Source: the human T2T-CHM13v2.0 reference genome, Homo sapiens. From it: DNA of 64,000 nucleotides. The translations under genes were made by a program, and so were the position numbers. Positions 56,976 through 64,000 of this stretch are shown piece after piece; the stretch's first letter is position 1; each line of letters opens with the position of its first letter. The stretch lies in the NCBI RefSeq assembly GCF_009914755.1, contig NC_060928.1; one strand, 5' to 3'. The notes below the pieces were generated by a model. The model worked only from the letters and a program-made list of their open reading frames with translations, searched no databases and was not told the DNA's origin.

Positions 56976-59254
56976 AATAAGGATAAGATAACACTTTTAG
57001 AAAACTAATAGCAATTAAATATCCCTGAGAGGTTTTTTGGTAACATTCTGCTTTGTGTGTTCCTATACTGCCTTATGCTGTTTGTTGCCACATTTTAGAA
57101 ATATCAAAGCTCAGGATAAGGTATGGGGAATAATAATAATTAACCATAGAACAAATTTACAAATGAAGAAAGATACAAAAGGTCAGAACTTCTCAATCTA
57201 AAAACTAAGGTCGAAATAACCGAAATTATTGTAAACATTGAAGACATGGAAGTCAACATAGATATTTATGGAATCCTAGATGCCTAGAACTTAAATCTAG
57301 AAAACAGTATACTCTAGAGTTTCATTACTGTGTTTCATAGATCAAAGCAGTCTGCCAACTACAAGCAAAATAGTTTCAAAAAATTTGTGGGTTAATTTGT
57401 ACATTCTTTATCAGCATCAAATTATCAAGGAAAGTTAAAAGGTATATAGGTTACATCTCTATTCTATGGAATTTGACATCCTGTGAAATAATTATGCTGC
57501 CTCATAGGTAGCACTTTAAAAGAAAAAAAAATCATGCATGTACTAGCATTATGTCTTGCACTGGGAATAATTTAAATCATCTGTAATATTATAAGTGATC
57601 TAATATATATTTCTATACAACATGCAAACATGTATAATATATATATTTCAGAAAATCACTCTCAGTAAAATTAGATGACATAATTGGCATTCTGTATTAG
57701 ATGAAGTGTGCAGGCCGACTATAGTCACAGAAGCCAGTTTACTTATTTTTAAGGAAGGTTGGACTTGTGCCAAAGAAAAGTATCTATAATTCACTATCAG
57801 AAGTGGTGGTCATGCATCAAAGCATAACTTGGTCCATTAACCCTGGGTAGAGTAACAGTATGGAGTATTTTGTGATAGCATAAACATACCTTGATGCCTT
57901 ATTGGTATTCACAGTTTCTCTCAAGTGGGTGGTGTTAAGGCACACTGAAGATGGTCAGTCCTTACTATTCAAAACCTAGATCATTGGCAGCTTTCATTTC
58001 ACTTGTCTTCTGGGAAAACTCTGTGTGTCACAGTTGGAAGAAGTGGTAATGTGCTTAAATTTCCTTCTGTAGCTTATCCCAAGACCTGATAATTCCGAAT
58101 GGCATTTGGCCCAACCATAGAAATTTTATTCCAGATTAATTTTACCTTTCCTGGAACTTTTTTTTTTTTAATTTCAAAATCTGCACCAAATACATCTCAA
58201 AATCATGCCATGAAATCAAAGTCCCCAGGCCCTGTTTTTGAATCAGGTTCTTCATGCATTTAGCGCCTTTTCAAAACATCAACTCATTATAATTTTTATG
58301 TTTTATTTTAGGAATATTTTCTCATTTTAACTCCTTTGAGCCTCTGTGATTTTATAAATAGTATCCTTATTATGGTCTGCTTCTGGCTTTTCTCACAGAG
58401 ACTTTGCTGAGACTCCCAGAGTAGAGCAGCCTATTTTTGTGCTCTCTTGAGGAGACTTGTTCCCTAGCCCTCCCTCATTGTGAATTTGTTCTGGGCTGTG
58501 GGCTGCCTGATGTTTTGATGTCTCTGTCCATTAACTAATTCTTGCCTTTCAACCACAGAGCTTCAGTTTCCTGTTTACTGCCCTCATTGTTACAGCTCTC
58601 TGCTTAGTGCTTCAGTCCTCTTGTCAATAGCATCCTTGGTAACTTCCTGTGTCATCCCCAGCCCCTCCTTCTCCACAGATTGCTTTTCACCAATTTGGCT
58701 TTCCAAAGACAGCCTGTCAGCAGCTCAAAGTCCCCTAGATTGAGCTCATTTTCATTATTATTAAGAGGCAGTAAGGCCGACACAAGTAGGTGACCACCTA
58801 CACTGTGTTATTGAAAAGGCACAAGGAATTAGTCCTGTCCAGGCTGCCAGAAATTCCACACGAGAGATTCATTTCCTGATTATCGAAATTTTTCATATTT
58901 TAGGGCATCCTGATCAAAATGCAAATGATATCTTCTGTCAATTCTCAGGCTTTTCTACGTAACTACTGTTGTGCCTATCATATTATATATTCTATAGTAC
59001 ACTGTATTGCTTATTGCAATTAATTTTATGTTTCTGTGCCTTCATAAGACTGAAAGCCATTTGCATAATAATGGTGTGTCAATACTTATATCTTAGTGTC
59101 TAAGGTAGTACATGGTAATGGTGGGTCTTAATATATGGTTGTTGAATTAAAAAATACAAAATATAGGTGGGGAGGTGAGAAACTTATACCATTAACTTTT
59201 AATGCATTTATTTTAACTGTAATACTAATGAGTATCCATTAGGGAACTGAGACA

Positions 59255-59700
59255 ATTGATGCAACAGTAAACCCAGATAACAAAGGCTTCAACACAACCT
59301 GAGGACGTTCTCTTAGTAGTGAAAAATCCAAAGGAAGGCAATTGCTGGTATTGATTTAGAAGTTTAAGGATGTCAGGGCTAAAGTCTCAGTAATTTCTGG
59401 CCTTTCCCTCAAGGTTGCAAGGTGACTCTCTAGTTCCAGTCATCATGTCTACCTTCCAGGAATGAGAAAGGAGGAAGGGGCCTGAAGGAAGATGAGGCAA
59501 AAATCTGTATCAATAAGGCAGGACTTTCCCAGAAATTCCATCGGATTTTTGTTTATATGTCACTGGATAGAATTATGGCAGATTATCTTTCATACCAACA
59601 AGGAGAATTAGAAAACAGGGGACTTCTGTATTTGTTTTTGTCTGCAACAATAATAGGATTCAGCAGGTAGGAAAGAGAGGATATTATATTAAATAAGCCA
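59255..59700 (-). mobile_element. Degenerate MLT1-type LTR
   Basis: ggttgcaaggtgactctctagttccagtcatcatgtctaccttccagg...ctttcccagaa..tcactgg..agaa resembles MLT1J/K. Recall only. Confidence 0.45.
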
Positions 59701-60606
59701 CAAGAACTCTCTGTCATGAGGGATAGTTGGGTGCACTGAGGAGTACATGAGTGCTGAGAGAGAGTCAATGTAAATAGAAGAAAGAGCATACATGAAGTCA
59801 ACTAACAGCTGCTTCCCCATCCTGCCCACTAATGGCTGATAGTAGGCATTTGATCTATCAGCTTTAAAACCTGACTGAAGGCATGGGCTTCATGGGACTT
59901 CTAATACAACGTCTTTATATTTTTCATTCAGCCTCTTCATGAGCTTCATAAATAATGCTTTTCCTGAACACTTTCAATGTACCTCGTACTGTGATACAAT
60001 AATACCTGCTTCAAGTTGTCCACTGTAAATAGAACTTTGCAGTAACAGAAGTGGACATAAGGCCTTTAGTGGCCCACTGAAGAGATACCTAATTCAGGCT
60101 GGGTGTATGCTTGTGCAGTGGGAAGTTAGTCTGGGAAGGATTACAGTAAAAAATAAAAGTAGAGCTGGGTTTTGAAACAAAAATAAAAGGACTCATTAAA
60201 TGAAGAAGTACAGAAGGCTGTCACTGACATACGGAGTTGGTGCATAAAGACAAAGGGAGGCAAAGAAAGCAAAAAGCATTCTAGGATCTGTAATTTTGTC
60301 AGCAGAGCAAAGCACAACATTCAAGGAGTGAGGACAATGGCAGGCAGTGAGAAAACTAGAAGAGAGGTAAGCAAGAACCAGAAGATGGTTTTGAGCAATG
60401 AGACACTGAATTATTTTAACCTGATATTAGTTCTATGCCTCAGAAAAATTAGCCTGCTCTTAATTGATTAGAGAGGAGTAAAAATGGAGAGGTGGAATCC
60501 AGTTAGGAAACTATTCCAATTGTTCAAAGTATCAGGGCCTAAACTAAAACAATATCAGAGGTTCCACAGACAGTAAACAAGTCAAAGAGCCCACTTACCA
60601 AATGTG

Positions 60607-60610
<4 letters not shown>

Positions 60611-60666
<56 letters not shown>
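60611..60666 (+). repeat. (GT)28 microsatellite
   Basis: Perfect dinucleotide run, read directly. Confidence 0.98.
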
Positions 60667-60668
<2 letters not shown>

Positions 60669-61690
60669 AAGATGGGCTGGCAGGAGATGCCACTGTAGGG
60701 CAGAAATGAGGGTAAAATACTAAGAAAACTCCCATTTCTTCACTCATTCATTGGTTCTGTTAAAGGTTAAACTGATTTTCATAAGGTTAATTCGTGTTTG
60801 GGATAATGTGCTATCTTAGTAAGACATAATAATATGAATACATACTCATAATAATGCCTATACATCTGACCCAAGCAGGACATGACACAACCTAAACAAG
60901 AAAACAGTCACTCAGCCATTGAGGAGCCTAACAATGTGCTCTGAATTGTGACTGAACAGCCTAATTCTTAGAGCAAATCTCAAGGACCAAGGAAATAATA
61001 TGCAGCACTAGATTTTATTAAGCAAACAACAGGCCTGTTCACGCTGCATTTCTGTGATGAGCTACTTAGTAGCCTTCAAAACTACTTACTAATGAAATGA
61101 GAAACTTATTACATTGGCCTCTGTAGCAATTACAGGAAATCTGGTATATAAAAATCAAAAAATAATTCTTAACCCATAAAGAAAATGATACAAGCTTCAC
61201 AAAGCCAATGCAAGTAATTAGACACTTAAATTGAATGGCAATGCACATCAAACTTATACTATGCTCCCAGGTCCAGGAAACAAAAAACACAAAATAAATG
61301 GTGGATTAGAAGGATGCAACAGTTTCTAAAATTAACATTCCTTTACCCCGATTTTATATTATTCATAAAGAAGCCTTCAAGTTCACTAACCTAATACCCC
61401 TATTTGTTGTCACTGCTATTATCAGCTCAATCATGGTAATAACAAGCAATGTCTTAATGCACCACCTGGTTTGACAAAACTTCATAGAAGAATAAATGCC
61501 CAAAGCAATTCTGGCTTTCAGACAAGAGCATCCATACAAAATGATTCCTCTATGCTTTCCCTGAAGGTTGCTTTCCTCTATGTGCAGTGGGGGATTATTT
61601 GACAGTAATGACAAATGAATTAACAAATCAGTAGACATGAATAAGCATGATTAAATTAAATGCATAGCACAGTGGTTGTGAGCTCACTTT

Positions 61691-62450
61691 TTTTATTTTA
61701 TTATTATTATACTTTAAGTTTTAGGGTACATGTGCACAACTTGCAGGTTTGTTACATATGTATACATGTGCCATGCTGATGTGCTGCACCCATTAACTCA
61801 TCATTTAACATTAGGTATATCTCCTAATGCTATCCCTCCCCACTCCCCCCACCCCACAACAGTCCCCGGTGTGTGATGTTCCCCTTCCTGTGTCCATGTG
61901 TTCTCATTATTCAATTCCCACCTATGAGTGAGAACATGCGGTGTTTGGTTTTTTGTCCTTGCGATAGTTTGCTGAGAATGATGGTTTCCAGTTTCATCCA
62001 TGTCCCTACAAAGGACACGAACTCATCATTTTTTATGGCTGCATAGTATTCCATGGTGTATATGTGCCACATTTTCTTAATCCAGTCTATCATTGTTGGA
62101 CATTTAGGTTGGTTCGAAGTCTTTGCTATTGTGAATAGTGCTGCTATAAACATACGTGTGCATGTGTCTTTACAGCAGCATGATTTATAATCCTTTGGGT
62201 ATATACCCAGTAATGGGATGGCTGGGTCAAATGGTATTTCCAGTTCTAGATCCCTGAGGAATCGCCACACTGATTTCCACAATGGTTGAACTAGCTTACA
62301 GTCCCACCAACAGTGTAAAAGTGTTCCTATTTCTCCACATCCTCTCCAGCACCTGTTGTTTCCTGACTTTTTAATGATCACCATTCTAACTGGTGTGAGA
62401 TAGTATCTCATTATGGTTTTGATTTGCATTTCTCTGATGGCCACTGATGA
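61691..62450 (-). mobile_element. 5'-truncated L1PA3/4-like element inserted in a MIR
   Basis: ORF2 C-terminus (ORF 61911-62459). 3' UTR carries GAG rather than ACA. TSD TGAGCTCACTTT (61679-61690 / 62451-62462). Endonuclease site CTTT/AA. Confidence 0.94.
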
Positions 62451-62462
62451 TGAGCTCACTTT

Positions 62463-62810
62463 AAGTCAGAAAGACCTGAATTAGAATCTTGGCTTGTCCA
62501 TTTATGAGGCTTCTTAGCATCACTAAGCCTCATCAATAATAGAGAAATAATAATACCACATTCACACACTTGTGAAAAATAAGGGGTGTCATAAGGTACC
62601 CATATCTGGCATATAATAAGTTTTAAGCACATATTAATGTAAAGAATGTATTAAGGACATCCTCTGAAGTAGTGATTTGCATTCCTCTTTTACAGAAAAG
62701 ACTGAGACTCCGAGAGAGTCATCAACTTGTCCACAGTCATGATTTTTACAAGTAAATATGAAAGCTGGGATTCAAACACAGGTCTACTAAGGCAGATTCA
62801 TTGCTCTGAT
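62463..62810. mobile_element. MIR fragments
   Basis: agtcagaaagacctgaatt.gaatcttggc and ctcttttacagaaaagactgagactc...aacttgtccacagtca...gctgggattcaaac cores. Confidence 0.6.
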
Positions 62811-63794
62811 TTTTTTAATCTATGTTTTTAAAAACATTCTTTCAACAAGCCAGCCAGGAATTAATGTAAATATTGTACTGAGCTTATGGTTTCAGAATCA
62901 AAGGAGAGAGGAACATAGAGAAAAAAATAAAAGCAAAAGCAGTCTACTGCAAACAGTTCACAATTGTAGTTCTGCAAATTATTAAATTTCAAACAATTTA
63001 TATGAGAAATGGTTAAATCAAGATAATATAGTCTGAAGAAGAGACAATTAGGGAAAATAATTGCAATTATCAAATATACAGAAATGTGATTTAGAATATT
63101 ATGTGTACTTTCACTTTGCAAGAGTGGTTTATATTCCTAAAGGATTAAAAATAAAATACAAGAAAAAAAGTTACAAAACAGGTACTTTGCTGCCAATTTT
63201 GGCTGCAATTCTATGGGGTTATTCCCTGGTGGCAGGTAATAAATAAGAGTCCTATTTATGACACATGGGTGAATTATTTTGCTTATATTTGCAAGTTATA
63301 TCACCAGAGAGGAGTTGCTGGCTTGTAAGGAAATATCAACATTTGGGTTATTTAGTTTCTACACAATAGATATTTTAAAAGCAAAATATATTGTCTGAAT
63401 TCTCATGTTAAATTATTATAATGTCCATGAACTTACCAAAAAGAAATTGTTCACAGCAATTTGCCACTTAACAAAGTTATTACCACCAAATAACTTGATT
63501 ATCCTGTAAAATTTTATCGCAATATATAATTTCATACTTAATAAATGTCATATTATTGGCCATTAGCTTGACTGAGGAAGTTTAGGAATTAAATATTCCC
63601 AAATTCGGCTTTCAAGCTGACCACTGACTCCAGACACGGTCATGGATAAGGACAAGAAAAATATTAAATACAAATGTCTAGATGGTTACACACCATACTG
63701 ACCAAGTCAACCCGGCAAAAAAGGCCCATCACCATCTAATAGCAAAATGAAATTTTTAAAACGTCTAAAAGTCACGGAAGCATATAAATATACA

Positions 63795-63813
63795 ACCACA
63801 CCAGGGGGCGCTC
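63795..63813 (+). promoter_or_regulatory. Candidate CTCF binding site
   Basis: CACCAGGGGGCGCT (63799-63812) matches 14 consecutive bases of the CTCF consensus TGGCCACCAGGGGGCGCTA, in apparently unique sequence with retained CpGs. Confidence 0.6.
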
Positions 63814-64000
63814 TTAACACTGAAATGATGGATGGCATATTTTAAGACACGTGGTGGTCTCAGCTGTCCAAATGAAAGATTTTCTAAGCATGTAGTACTT
63901 GGCACAAGTGCTTATCTTTTGAAAATGTTTGCTGGCAATACACACATTTTCTTTTGTATCCAACTGTTCGTGTAGTTAAGACTATCAAGTTAGTCTATCA

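Noticed and set aside
57880-58160. Minus-strand donor-like sites (AAG|GTATGT near 57890, AAG|GTAAAA near 58146) as exons of a host gene
   Set aside because: No convincing upstream acceptor or reading frame. Such motifs are common by chance.
58787-58802. Short palindrome GTAGGTG-AC-CACCTAC
   Set aside because: 7-bp arms are expected by chance in 64 kb, and there is no supporting context.

Overview
This is AT-rich human (or near-human primate) genomic DNA made mostly of interspersed repeats. I see no supportable protein-coding gene, RNA gene or CRISPR array. The long ORFs fall in L1, Alu, LTR12 or HERV-L sequence, and the short ORFs outside repeats show no recognisable protein features. Main content: three ~1.5 kb LTR12 (ERV9) solo LTRs; a 3'-truncated HERV-L provirus with its MLT2 LTR, interrupted by an ERV1 solo LTR and by a very young 5'-inverted L1HS Ta-1; several older L1s; ten Alus; MER30, MER1A and Tigger3 DNA transposons; and two long dinucleotide repeats. 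I found no new biological system in the strict sense. The best leads are the probably polymorphic twin-primed L1HS Ta-1, an LTR12 whose poly(A) signal reads as a consensus splice donor, an orphan poly(A)-tailed insert replacing ~100 bp of an L1, a candidate ancient L1 3' transduction, a template-switch micro-inversion, a CTCF motif and a CpG-retaining patch. Subfamily names come from my recall of consensus sequences and need RepeatMasker/Dfam confirmation. I cannot identify the chromosomal locus.
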